Source of the DNA: Chlorobiota bacterium
GTDB taxonomy: Bacteria; Bacteroidota; Ignavibacteria; Kapaibacteriales; NICIL-2
Length of the DNA: 64,000 nucleotides
Assembly (NCBI GenBank): GCA_039810585.1
Contig: JBDHXF010000001.1
Coordinates: forward strand, 89,223 to 153,222
Reading direction: 5' to 3'
Program-made: the position numbers and the translations under genes
Notes under the pieces: model-generated
Databases searched by the model: none
The model's input: only the letters and a program-made list of their open reading frames with translations
Told to the model about the DNA's origin: nothing
Shown here: positions 21,907 to 31,924 of the stretch, piece after piece
How positions within the stretch are numbered: position 1 is the first letter of the stretch
Layout of the letters: every line of letters begins with the position of its first letter

Positions 21907-22111
21907 ACGAACCTCATGTAAATGTGATAGAATAAACACTGCATTGTTCTCGTTGATCGTATCACGACCTGCATTTGCGGTTGAGCAACAACACCAGTAG
22001 GTGTTTCCTCTGCGACATGTTTACACTTCGCTTTCCGATTCGTCGCCAACACTCAGTGCACATACTCCGACGATTCGTGAGCCACTATGCCGAAGCTAAG
22101 CGGATCCGACC

Positions 22112-22735
22112 TCAGTGGTGACTGTGCATCTTGGCAATAAGGTCGATTACGGCCGACATTCCCTTGTGCCCTTCCCCTTCATCCAACTCGCGCTCGTAAG
22201 CTTCTAGACGCAGAATCTCCCAATCCGCAAAAGCGGTGGCCAACAATTCTGGAGTGTACAATTGCTCAAGTGCAGAAGGTCCGCCGGTTCCATATTCAAG
22301 TTGCTTGGGGGTGTATCCATGAAGCATCAACACGCCACCGGGTTTTAACGCCTTCTTCATTCCCGCAAAAATCTGATCCCGGAATGCAGGCGGGGCAAAT
22401 TGTATGAAGATGGCAACGACGGCATCATACTCAGCGTCCGGCCATTCCAAGTGTTGCAAGTCCGCATGCCTGAAGTCGACCTGAACGGATTTTGATGCGG
22501 CAAGCTGACGAGCTTTTTGTAGAGCCGCTTCTGCGAAATCTGTGGCCACTACCTCGTAGCCATGTTGTGCTAAAAAGACGGAATTGCGCCCCTCTCCGTC
22601 GGCTGGTACCAGTACTCGTGATCCCGGTTTAAGGGAGTGAACATGTTCCCGTAAAAACTGGGCGGCATCCATTCCAAATACATAATGGTCAGTGCTATAC
22701 CGTCCGTTCCAAAACTCATGTTCATTTGCCGCCAT
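22112..22735 (-). CDS. class I SAM-dependent methyltransferase (TehB/TPMT-like)
   Basis: Motif I VLVPADGEGRNSVFLAQHGYEVVATD followed by motif II/III spacing. Confidence 0.75.
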   Translation of the reverse strand: MAANEHEFWNGRYSTDHYVFGMDAAQFLREHVHSLKPGSRVLVPADGEGRNSVFLAQHGYEVVATDFAEAALQKARQLAASKSVQVDFRHADLQHLEWPDAEYDAVVAIFIQFAPPAFRDQIFAGMKKALKPGGVLMLHGYTPKQLEYGTGGPSALEQLYTPELLATAFADWEILRLEAYERELDEGEGHKGMSAVIDLIAKMHSHH

Positions 22736-22947
22736 GGTATTGTTCCTGCCTTAAGAGATGGCTCATCCGCTGCCCGGCACTGACTTACTTTTCGTAGGGT
22801 TTTTCAGCGGGTGAATAGGAGTGCAAATTGCGACGATGTCGGCGTACGATCGCTGTTAAAATCTCGACTCCTTCCACTCCGCCCTCTTCCCCTATTTTTG
22901 CGGCTTCAGAATTGTCGGTAACGCCTTCACCCCTTCGCCACGCACAC

Positions 22948-23886
22948 ATGTCGGATTCAACCCTTGGTTTGCTTGCTTGTTGTTGCACCGTCCTACTCTG
23001 GACCATCGGCACATACGCCTTTACCAGCTCTGCGCGTAAGGCAGCGGCAACCACGGTTAATCGTGTTCGCCTTCTCTACGCCCTCGTTGGCATGACACTC
23101 ATTGCCTGCGTTGTAGAGCAGTGCATGCCCTGGGATCTGCTTCTCCGGCCGCCGCTCGCGCAAGTTGGGTGGTTTGCCGTGTCAGGGTTGATTGGATTCA
23201 CGATAGGCGACAGTCTGTTTTTCCATGCGTTCAAAATTCTCGGAAGCCGTCGCGCCACTGTTTTCACTTGCTTCGCACCAGCCGCATCACTTCTCTCGGG
23301 CATTCTCTTACTCGACGAACACCTCTCGGCCTTGGGGGTACTTGGTATGGCCATTTCGATTGGAGGGATTTTACTCTTGACCCTGTCGAAGGACGAGCAG
23401 CAAGAGGTGCACGACGATGGTCATGGCCGTTTTTCTGTGGGGGTGATCGTAGCCGCCGCTGGTGCAGCATGTCAGGGTTTAGGTCTGGTTCTCTCTCGCA
23501 AAGGTTTCGCTGCGTCACCCGTGGCAATGTCTGCCTTCCACGCCACCTTTCTCAGACTCTTGGCAGCAACAGTGTCGGCCTACCTGTCCGGCCTTCGCCG
23601 CGTTCCACTTTGGCAGGAATTAAAACGCATTAGCGCTGATCGCAAAATCGTGGCACCAATTCTTCTTGGCGTTTTGGTAGGCCCTATTCTTGGCGTCAGC
23701 TCCTCGCTCTACGCGGTCTCAAAAATTGAGGCTTCCATCGCTCAAACTATTCTTGCTCTTACGCCTGTGTCGGTAACGCTCAGCTCCGCCATGATCTTTC
23801 GTGAACGCGTCCGCCCGCTTTCCGCCTTGGCCGTTGCCATCAGTCTGGCAGGCGTCTTTCTACTGGTATGGAAGGATGCGCATTGA
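22948..23886 (+). CDS. EamA/DMT-superfamily transporter
   Basis: Ten predicted TM helices in two EamA-like halves. Start taken at ATG 22948. Confidence 0.8.
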   Translation: MSDSTLGLLACCCTVLLWTIGTYAFTSSARKAAATTVNRVRLLYALVGMTLIACVVEQCMPWDLLLRPPLAQVGWFAVSGLIGFTIGDSLFFHAFKILGSRRATVFTCFAPAASLLSGILLLDEHLSALGVLGMAISIGGILLLTLSKDEQQEVHDDGHGRFSVGVIVAAAGAACQGLGLVLSRKGFAASPVAMSAFHATFLRLLAATVSAYLSGLRRVPLWQELKRISADRKIVAPILLGVLVGPILGVSSSLYAVSKIEASIAQTILALTPVSVTLSSAMIFRERVRPLSALAVAISLAGVFLLVWKDAH

Positions 23887-23944
23887 AGTGGCAACGCGCT
23901 GTCGTGGATGCCGGTGACAGATGGGCACAGGCAACGCTCAGAAC

Positions 23945-24280
23945 CTAATACACTCGATGTCCGTTCGGAACAGCTCGTTCCGGCTGGAGAAGTATCACAG
24001 CGCCCTCGCTGTCATTTATTCCCAAGCACAATACTTCCGATACAAATCCCGCGATGCGCTTGGGCTCGATGTTTGTGAGAGCGATCACCTGTCGTCCGAC
24101 GAGTTCTTCCACCGTGTAGCGCTGACTAATCTGCGCGCTGCTGTGTTTCACGCCAAGCTCATCACCAAAGTCTATTCGCAACTTCAACGCCGGCTTACGA
24201 GCCTCGGCAAAGAACTCGGCGCCGAGAATGGTCCCGACACGAAGGTCTGCTTGAAAGAACAGGTCCGGATTGATGGTCAT
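23945..24280 (-). CDS. tRNA-binding domain protein (CsaA/EMAP-like)
   Basis: 111 aa with DLRVGTILGAE...KLRIDFGDELG, an OB-fold tRNA-binding motif. Confidence 0.75.
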   Translation of the reverse strand: MTINPDLFFQADLRVGTILGAEFFAEARKPALKLRIDFGDELGVKHSSAQISQRYTVEELVGRQVIALTNIEPKRIAGFVSEVLCLGINDSEGAVILLQPERAVPNGHRVY

Positions 24281-24438
24281 GCGTGTGTTGTCGTTTTGGT
24301 GGATGACTTATCATCGCGCTTCGCGCCGGCTTCAGACCCTGTACAACGAACAGGTGCTGATGCCGATGCACCGGCACCTACCGGAGCGTGTCTGCCTGAG
24401 GTCCGAGGGCAGCGAAGCTGCACACGAATAATAATCAC

Positions 24439-25134
24439 TTATGAGCTTTTCGTTGCAAGAAATCCCTGATGCAGACGCTTCTTAGTTTTTGCGCTGAGTA
24501 GTCGACGCAGGGTTGGGCTCATGAGACCGGCGCCGATAACGGACTGACGGAATTTGTACGCATCGCGCAAGGAGTATGATTTGCCGTCAAGGACCCATTG
24601 CAAGAAGATACCGTCGCTTATCCCTAGCTCCAAGCGAGCGAAAGATTGCACGTCCACATCGTGAAAGGCTTTTAGCCGGATAAGACGCTGCGTGAGGGAT
24701 GCACCCAATTCGGCGAGTTTCTTTTTCATCTCGCGAATACGCTCAATAAACTGTCTGTCGTCAGAGCGAAGCGCGTGAGCCCAGAATTCGAGGAGCAGCG
24801 AGGCGTGGTCGGCGTGACGTTCGTAGAAGTCGATGGTGGTATCGATAAGTGCATCGGCCGCTGCAACTGGCTCCAGAGCTGAGTTTGCGGCGGAATTCAT
24901 GGCGTGCTCGTATTCGTCCATCCACTGACGGTACACAGCCAAAAAGAGCTCGTCCTTCGTTTGAAAGTACTCGTAGAGCGTACCCTTTCCCACGGAAGCA
25001 GCATCGGCAATGTCCTGCATTTTCGCCGCATGAAAGCCCCGCTGGGAAAACACTTCAACCGATGCGGCAATGAGTTGCTCGCGTTTGGATTGTTTACGAT
25101 CGCTGCGTGCCTCTTCTTTGGTCACAACCTGCAC
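24439..25134 (-). CDS. TetR/AcrR-family transcriptional regulator
   Basis: N-terminal HTH: KREQLIAASVEVFSQRGFHAAKMQDIADAASVGKGTLYEYF. Confidence 0.85.
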   Translation of the reverse strand: MQVVTKEEARSDRKQSKREQLIAASVEVFSQRGFHAAKMQDIADAASVGKGTLYEYFQTKDELFLAVYRQWMDEYEHAMNSAANSALEPVAAADALIDTTIDFYERHADHASLLLEFWAHALRSDDRQFIERIREMKKKLAELGASLTQRLIRLKAFHDVDVQSFARLELGISDGIFLQWVLDGKSYSLRDAYKFRQSVIGAGLMSPTLRRLLSAKTKKRLHQGFLATKSS

Positions 25135-25195
25135 CTTCCATATAAGCGAAACATCACATCAGGCAATGGGTGGCGGAATCTGCTCAGTCCTCTTA

Positions 25196-26017
25196 TCACG
25201 CCGCATTGCGCTGAAAGAGACCCAGGGTGGCACCCTGCGGATCCAGAATAATACAGAAAAACCCCTTATCACCTGCGGCACCGGGTCCCAGAAGTAGAGT
25301 CCCTCCTGCATCCTGCAGTCGAGCTGCAGCTGCAGCGCAATCGTCAACCATCACGTAGGGCATCCAATTGGGCGGAACATCAGGAATCTCCATCATCCCA
25401 CCGATGCGTAGTGAACCTAAAGCCCACTCTGTGTACCCGGGACTCTCGATGGCAGTCCACCCAAACAGCGAGGAATAAAAGGCTGTGGCCTTGGCTGTAT
25501 CCTTAACTGCCAGTTCATACCAGCAGAAAGCATTGCCTTCGTCGACAACGGCAGCGCCAAAGTGATTTCCTCTTTGCCACAAACAAAACACCGCATCGCA
25601 GGGATCTTTGACGATAGCCATGCGGCCCACACCGGGGACGTCGAATGGTGGCGCTAGCAACGTAGCTCCCAGCTCAACAGCCTTCGCGGCTGATTCGTCG
25701 ACGGAGCTGACGCTGATGTAAACATTCCAATGGCTACGACTTCCGGCAGCCACTTCGTCGGGATGAAGCGAGAGTAAACCCGCAGCCGACAACTCGCCTT
25801 TCAAGAGCATGGTGTAGAGTTGTCCGTCGCCATAGGGCGAGTCACTCGCATTCCAGTCGAACACTCGTGTATAAAATTCCTTTGCGGCAGTCTGGTTGCT
25901 GCTTGCGCACTCAGACCAACAAAACATGCCGGGCATGTAGGAGCCGACGTGTGGCATTTGTATTCCTATTGTGTACTTCTGTTGTACTCGGTGCTTAATG
26001 TCTCTTGTATCGACCAC
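25196..26017 (-). CDS. VOC (glyoxalase/bleomycin-resistance fold) family protein, two-domain
   Basis: Tandem VOC-like halves and an overall glyoxalase-like pattern. Confidence 0.65.
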   Translation of the reverse strand: MVDTRDIKHRVQQKYTIGIQMPHVGSYMPGMFCWSECASSNQTAAKEFYTRVFDWNASDSPYGDGQLYTMLLKGELSAAGLLSLHPDEVAAGSRSHWNVYISVSSVDESAAKAVELGATLLAPPFDVPGVGRMAIVKDPCDAVFCLWQRGNHFGAAVVDEGNAFCWYELAVKDTAKATAFYSSLFGWTAIESPGYTEWALGSLRIGGMMEIPDVPPNWMPYVMVDDCAAAAARLQDAGGTLLLGPGAAGDKGFFCIILDPQGATLGLFQRNAA

Positions 26018-26060
26018 GTACCACTGTCGTGCGCGGTATGAGTATCTCTGTTTCGCACTA

Positions 26061-26555
26061 TCATCCGGCCGAGCGAGGAGAGGCGTTTCGTGAGTGTTGC
26101 ACTACCACCTCGCGCAATTGAACCAAAGATTGCACCAGATCGTGCTCGTCATGAAAGGAGCTGGTACGAATGCGGAGCAGACGACGTCGGCTGCGAAGGC
26201 GAATCTTTACCAACTTGAAGGCTCCACGAACCTTGATAATTTTTTCGCGCCCGATACTCATTTTGCTGATGTCGTCGATAGATATAACGCGCTCACGAAA
26301 ACGATTCCTTAGTATGATTCCGCGTTCGTCCACAACCAAGCTGCGCTTCATGAGCCAGCTAATAAGCAGTCCCAAACTCGAAAGCAAGATGAACGCCAGC
26401 AGCAAAATCAGCAGTGGATCCATCAACACGATTTGAATGCGACCCGAGCTCATTCCTTCTTTCAGACCACGCACGAGGGCATAACCAATAAGCGCAACCG
26501 CGTAGATGGCGATGCCTTTCCAGTAAAACTCAAGACGATATGTGTACTCTCGATT
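26061..26555 (-). CDS. hypothetical membrane protein (two TM + PH-like domain), start uncertain
   Basis: Two hydrophobic helices followed by a basic soluble region. The track ORF runs to 26735, overlapping the metG 3' end; a GTG at 26555 or ATG at 26453 is a more plausible start. Confidence 0.35.
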   Translation of the reverse strand, partial: NREYTYRLEFYWKGIAIYAVALIGYALVRGLKEGMSSGRIQIVLMDPLLILLLAFILLSSLGLLISWLMKRSLVVDERGIILRNRFRERVISIDDISKMSIGREKIIKVRGAFKLVKIRLRSRRRLLRIRTSSFHDEHDLVQSLVQLREVVVQHSRNASPRSAG

Positions 26556-26637
26556 CACGTGATCTTTCGATTGAAGTCCATGCGAAACTAGGCAGAGCTC
26601 TAAGCACCGCAAAAAACGAGCAGAGAGAGGTTCGGCT

Positions 26638-28878
26638 TTAGCGGACCTCGGCACCGACCGGACTCGGGTCGATGGGGCTGATGAGCGACAGACCGCTGTC
26701 GCTATTGGCAGCCAATAGCATTCCCTGCGATACATGTCCCATCAGCTTTGCAGCCTTCAAATTCACCACCACCACCACCATCTTACCCACTAACTGCTCA
26801 GGCGAATAATATTGGGCGATACCGGCAAGGATTTGTCGTGTATCTGCCCCTGTGTCCACTTGAAGCTTCAGCAACTTGTCTGACTTTGGAACCCGTTCCG
26901 CTTCCAAAACACGTGCGGTGCGAAGTTGGATTTTTTTAAAGTCATCAATTGCTATCAACACATTCTCGGGCTTGTGTTCCTTGGACTGCACCGCCGGTGT
27001 CGGTGTAGCTTTCTCCGTTGATGCAACGAGCGGTGTCCCAAGTTTGGCTTGCAGGGCGGCGATAAAACCGTCCTCCACCTTGTGAAACAGAATTTCCACG
27101 TCACCCAATACCCGGCCCTGCGGCACCTTTGCCTGCGATATCTCGTCCCAATATTTTTTGGCCGCCACTCCGTTTTGCGCCTCACCACACACGGAATGAT
27201 CGTCACCGATCATGCGTTGAATGCTCTCAGCAACGCTGGGCATGATGGGTGCAAAAACGATGGAGAGCGAGCGAAGCGATTGCGCGCAAAGAAACAGCGT
27301 CTTGGCACAGGCATCGCGATCCGATTTCACTGTTTTCCATGGTTCGGCATCATTGAAGTACTTGTTTGCCGCACGAGCCACATTCATGCTCTCATTTAAC
27401 GCATCACGAAAACGGTAGGATCGATAGTGTGCTGCAATAGCCTGGGAACCGAAATACAGCGATGCTAGGAAGCTGAGGTCTTGCTGTGAGAAGTAGCGCA
27501 GATGACGGTCTGCATAGCGCTCTACCGCCTCAGTAACGCTCAGACCTTGATCGCGTCGAAAATCCTCCAGCACTAAATCCCAGGCTTCCAGAAGCTTGGC
27601 GTAGCGCTCGGGCAGATGGGGAACCTTGCCTTCAAAGTTGTTTTTGAGGAAGGTGAGACTACGGTTGACGAAGTTTCCGACAATTGCCGCCAACTCATTG
27701 TTGGTTCGGGTTTGATAATCCTGCCACGAGAAATCGCTGTCGCGGGTTTCCGGAAAATTCATTGCCAAGGCGTAGCGAAGAGCATCGCGCTGCAATGGAC
27801 TCGGCAGCTCGGTCATCGCATCGCGCAGATCGATACTCCAGTTCCGTGACTTGGAGAATTTCTGTCCCTGCAAATTCAAAAACTCGTTTGCCGGAACATT
27901 CTCAGGGATCACGTAGCCGCCACGTTCCATGAGCATGGAGGGGAACATCAGGGTGTGAAACACGATGTTATCCTTGCCAATGAAGGCCACGTATTCTGTC
28001 GGCACATCCGGATGCTCCGGAGGCGGTTGCAGCCACCACTCTTTCCAAGCCTCGGGATGACCCTGCAGAGCACCCCAAGTTTTTGTTGCCGATATATAAC
28101 CGAGAACAGCATCAAACCATACATAGAGAACCTTGCCTTTGGCTTGCTCAAGCGGGACCGGAACTCCCCAGCTGAGGTCGCGCGTTATGGCTCTATCTCC
28201 CAAGCCTTGTTTAAGCCAGGAGCGAGATTGCTGCAGAACGTTATCTTTCCAATCGTTGGCGTGTCCCTCGATATACGCCTCCAATCGCTGCTGAAACTCA
28301 CCGAGAGGATAATACCAGTGTGTAGCTTTTCGTACGACGGGTGTATTTCCGCTCACCAGACTTCGTGGGTTCTTTAACTCCAATTGATTGTAGTAGGCAC
28401 CGCAGGTATCGCACTGATCACCTCTGGCACGATCGGAGCCGCAATTCGGACAAATGCCTTCCACATAGCGATCGGGCAAGAACATGTTTGCCTGCTCGTC
28501 GTAGAACTGGTCCTCTTCGCGTTCGCGCAGTAAGCCTTTGTGATAAAAATCCAAGAACCACTCTTGCGCTAATTCTCTGTGCTCGGCTGAGGAAGTTCGG
28601 CCATAATAATCGAAGGACCACCGAAAGGCTTCAAAAGCTTTTGAGTTTTCGCCGTGATAGTGATCGATAATCTGTTGCGGACTCACTCCCTGCTTTTCGG
28701 CTGCAATGGTGATGGCCACACCGTGTTCGTCGGATCCACAAATGTAGAGTGCCGCTTCACCGTAAAGCCGTAAGAAACGAGCGAACATATCCGCCGGCAG
28801 ATAGGCACCGGCAATATGGCCAAGGTGCAAATAGCCGTTAGCGTAAGGGAGAGCTGATGTAAGGAGGTATTTCTTCAT
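26638..28878 (-). CDS. metG: methionyl-tRNA synthetase with C-terminal tRNA-binding (EMAP) domain
   Basis: HLGH motif (ANGYLHLGHIAGA), KFSKS (QKFSKSRNW), CxxC zinc knuckles and a C-terminal OB-fold. Confidence 0.95.
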   Translation of the reverse strand: MKKYLLTSALPYANGYLHLGHIAGAYLPADMFARFLRLYGEAALYICGSDEHGVAITIAAEKQGVSPQQIIDHYHGENSKAFEAFRWSFDYYGRTSSAEHRELAQEWFLDFYHKGLLREREEDQFYDEQANMFLPDRYVEGICPNCGSDRARGDQCDTCGAYYNQLELKNPRSLVSGNTPVVRKATHWYYPLGEFQQRLEAYIEGHANDWKDNVLQQSRSWLKQGLGDRAITRDLSWGVPVPLEQAKGKVLYVWFDAVLGYISATKTWGALQGHPEAWKEWWLQPPPEHPDVPTEYVAFIGKDNIVFHTLMFPSMLMERGGYVIPENVPANEFLNLQGQKFSKSRNWSIDLRDAMTELPSPLQRDALRYALAMNFPETRDSDFSWQDYQTRTNNELAAIVGNFVNRSLTFLKNNFEGKVPHLPERYAKLLEAWDLVLEDFRRDQGLSVTEAVERYADRHLRYFSQQDLSFLASLYFGSQAIAAHYRSYRFRDALNESMNVARAANKYFNDAEPWKTVKSDRDACAKTLFLCAQSLRSLSIVFAPIMPSVAESIQRMIGDDHSVCGEAQNGVAAKKYWDEISQAKVPQGRVLGDVEILFHKVEDGFIAALQAKLGTPLVASTEKATPTPAVQSKEHKPENVLIAIDDFKKIQLRTARVLEAERVPKSDKLLKLQVDTGADTRQILAGIAQYYSPEQLVGKMVVVVVNLKAAKLMGHVSQGMLLAANSDSGLSLISPIDPSPVGAEVR

Positions 28879-29155
28879 GAAGACGGAAAATGGAGACCGG
28901 TAAAGACCTGCAGGGAATCATGATACGTGCCGCCGGAGGCGTCACGTATCATCGTTCCCTTGCATCGTGCAAAGATACAGCAGACCTTCTGCCATGTGGA
29001 AAAGGAGCCTACGATTGGATTGCGAATCACAACCATTCCTCCATCGCCTGTGCCTGTCACAATGGCAATTTCAACGGCGTTAAACTGCAGGCGAGATGCC
29101 GGCCTGTGGGACTTGAAATTCGTATTTTGTCGCTCGTGTTCATGCACCACGCACC

Positions 29156-31924
29156 ATGCCGTTCACCCTTCGCATACTAGCCCTTTGCACCCTGCTTGGC
29201 GTGGTAACTCATGCTCAAGTGGCTATTGTGCAAAGCGTTGATCTGCATCGGTTTCCGTCCATGCGCGCCCGAATATTCGCCTTCGACTCGCTGGCACACC
29301 CGGTGTCGTTGCATCCCACGCGCGACCGCCTCGTGTACGATTCCCCGACGCGTCAAACAATTGGTGTTATTTCCTGCGAGTCCACCGCTCCTTCTCAAAA
29401 CATTTCGGCGGTATTGGTCTTCGATGGTTCGATGCCCGAACTCTTTCCTGTCTATCGCGATGCCATGCAATGGTGGAACGAGCGGGTTGATTCTACATCG
29501 CAAACAGCACTTGTTGAGTACGGGAGCCGACCGTATTTGGTCCGTGACTTAGTCAACAAACCCGACACTCTGTTGAAGTCTATTGAGACCTTTCAACCTC
29601 TCACAGCCTCGAATCTCGAGCGGGCGCTTAACGATTCGCTCTGTGGCGCGTTTGCCATCTTGTCAAGGGCCACGGCTCGCCGAGTCGCGATCCTCATTTG
29701 CACCGCTCACCATCCGCTCAGCTCGCGAACGATCGACTCGCTGGCCGCAGCGCACGACGTACAGATTTCGGCAATCTGTGTGGGCATCAGCGCCGACACC
29801 GCATTGCGCGGCATCGTTGTGCGGTCCGGCGGCGTGGTAGTGGACAATTGTCCGAACACCGGAATCCCTACAGCACTGAAAGCTCTCGGCACCATCGCCA
29901 CGGGCACAACGGCTTGTATGATTGATTGGAACAGCGATTCGACGGCCTGCTCAATTCAGCGGCAAGCGCGATTTGACATCAAGTCGTTGGGAGTATTCGC
30001 AAGTTGGGCTTATACTATACCGGATAGCATGCGAGCACACCTTAGCGCAAGTCCGCTCATCGTGGATTTTGGAGATGTCGCTTCGGGCAACAGCGCCGAT
30101 ACCGTGATCGTGCTAACAGCCAATGGGCGCACCATTGCGGTTCAAGCAGTAGAAATCGACAATCCGGAATTTGAACTCACACAGCCGCTGGGAGGGCTAC
30201 ATCTTGGAAAAGGAAAGCAATTCGCTTTGCATCTACGGTTCAACAGTTCGGACGACTTCCAGCGGTATGCCATTGCCCGCATTATCAACGATGCCTGCGA
30301 CACCATAACGTGCTATTTGCTCGCCAACCATCAACCCAATCCTGCTTTTTCTCCGCTCTTCGACTCCTTCAATAATGGAGAAAAGGTCTACGCCGGATCG
30401 CGGCAGATCATTCGATGGATCGGCACTCCCCCCACGGATTCCGTCCATGTTGAATTTTCTGCCGATGGAGGGGGTCACTGGATAGTGATTGCGGACACCG
30501 TAACCGGTTTGCAGACTAGTTGGAAAGTTCCGGATATAAGCTCGCAGCGTTGCTTTCTGCGTATTGCGCAAATCCATCAAGATCTCTATCACTACTCCAA
30601 CTCCTTCAGCATCATCCAACCGACGATAAAGCCCGGAATTCTGTCATGTGGAACAATTCGCCTGTCCGAAGAATTCGTCGTGCCGAGCGCTACCATCCTG
30701 TGCAATCCTTTGAGCGTGCCTCTGAGCATCGACTCACTGAGTGGTGAAGACTCGCAATTCATCCCGGTTTCCGGTTGGCCGGTTCAGCTCTCCGCGGGAG
30801 CTTGTGCGCGCATTGCGGTTTTGTGTACGCCTGCTCAAACGGGTCTTCTTCGCGACACTATCAGCGCCTACACCAACCAAGGTCTTCTTCGCATCCCAAT
30901 AACCGCGCTCGTGAAACCTGCCTACGCAACTGTACCAGACTATGTCATGATTGGAAGGATACCAATCGGACAAAACTTCGATACCCTCGTCAATTCTGCA
31001 CTCTGCAAGGCCAATGCTAATGTTGTGCATGTGCTGGATGCCGTGCAGGACTTTCCGGATATCGCGCATTTTTCAATGCCGGAACAAGTGAAGAACCAAA
31101 CATTGACAACGGAGGATCCGTGCAAGGGACTACGCTTTCAGTTTAACTGTACGCAAATTCAACGCTTCAGCTCGAGGGTACGGGTAGTAAGCGATTCCGG
31201 AACCTACGAGTTTGTGCTATTCGGAGAAGGAATTTGCGCGCCTCCGGAACCGCACTATGGAATTGAGATACCGGACAGTATCACCGTTGCCATAGGCAGC
31301 ACAGTGGATGTACCCATTCGCTATTATCCGGCTCCGTACACCTACCGAAAAATGAAGCGACCCTACACCATGGAAGTGCGCTTCGATAAGTCGATACTCT
31401 TTCCCACGGGCGATACTCCACTGGGAGTGGTGGAAGGTGATCAACGTGTGCTCAAGATTTCAAGTACGGGTTTTGAGGACGGCGACACGTTGGTGCTGCT
31501 ACATTTCAAGAGCGCAATGGGCCTGAGCGATCGTACCTTCCTCAGTATCGGAGGCTTCAACTGGCTTGACGAATGTCAGTACCATCCGGTTCTTAGCGGA
31601 GGTCGCGTATTTCTGAGCAACGTGTGCCGTGCCGGCGGCTTACGCGAGTACGTGAGCGGCGATACGCTGAAGTTCAACCTCGTCGAACCCAACCCCTCGC
31701 ATGAGCAGGTGGATCTTCATTTTACAGCGCGGGAAATTGGAGCACACCAGCTAACACTGTACGATATGTTTGGCAGAGTGGTGCGAGAGGTATTTCGGCA
31801 GGACTTGGATATTGGACACTATGAGTCTGTGATCGATGTGCACGATCTCATCAGTGGCGACTACTATGCAGTGCTCAATACGCCGACCGGAAAAATCACT
31901 GCCGTGATTGGAGTGGTGCATTGA
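29156..31924 (+). CDS. large secreted protein with VWA-like N-terminal region and T9SS C-terminal sorting domain
   Basis: Signal peptide; C-terminus LTLYDMFGRVV...SGDYYAVLNTPTGKITAVIGVVH matches the Por secretion tail pattern. Confidence 0.7.
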   Translation: MPFTLRILALCTLLGVVTHAQVAIVQSVDLHRFPSMRARIFAFDSLAHPVSLHPTRDRLVYDSPTRQTIGVISCESTAPSQNISAVLVFDGSMPELFPVYRDAMQWWNERVDSTSQTALVEYGSRPYLVRDLVNKPDTLLKSIETFQPLTASNLERALNDSLCGAFAILSRATARRVAILICTAHHPLSSRTIDSLAAAHDVQISAICVGISADTALRGIVVRSGGVVVDNCPNTGIPTALKALGTIATGTTACMIDWNSDSTACSIQRQARFDIKSLGVFASWAYTIPDSMRAHLSASPLIVDFGDVASGNSADTVIVLTANGRTIAVQAVEIDNPEFELTQPLGGLHLGKGKQFALHLRFNSSDDFQRYAIARIINDACDTITCYLLANHQPNPAFSPLFDSFNNGEKVYAGSRQIIRWIGTPPTDSVHVEFSADGGGHWIVIADTVTGLQTSWKVPDISSQRCFLRIAQIHQDLYHYSNSFSIIQPTIKPGILSCGTIRLSEEFVVPSATILCNPLSVPLSIDSLSGEDSQFIPVSGWPVQLSAGACARIAVLCTPAQTGLLRDTISAYTNQGLLRIPITALVKPAYATVPDYVMIGRIPIGQNFDTLVNSALCKANANVVHVLDAVQDFPDIAHFSMPEQVKNQTLTTEDPCKGLRFQFNCTQIQRFSSRVRVVSDSGTYEFVLFGEGICAPPEPHYGIEIPDSITVAIGSTVDVPIRYYPAPYTYRKMKRPYTMEVRFDKSILFPTGDTPLGVVEGDQRVLKISSTGFEDGDTLVLLHFKSAMGLSDRTFLSIGGFNWLDECQYHPVLSGGRVFLSNVCRAGGLREYVSGDTLKFNLVEPNPSHEQVDLHFTAREIGAHQLTLYDMFGRVVREVFRQDLDIGHYESVIDVHDLISGDYYAVLNTPTGKITAVIGVVH

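Noticed and set aside
23921-24469. 182-aa plus-strand ORF
   Set aside because: Overlaps the CsaA-like and TetR genes on the opposite strand and has no motif. It is a shadow ORF.
26556-26735. N-terminal 60-aa extension of the 26061-26735 ORF
   Set aside because: It would overlap the last about 100 nt of metG on the same strand in another frame. An internal GTG/ATG start gives a standard two-TM protein without the overlap.
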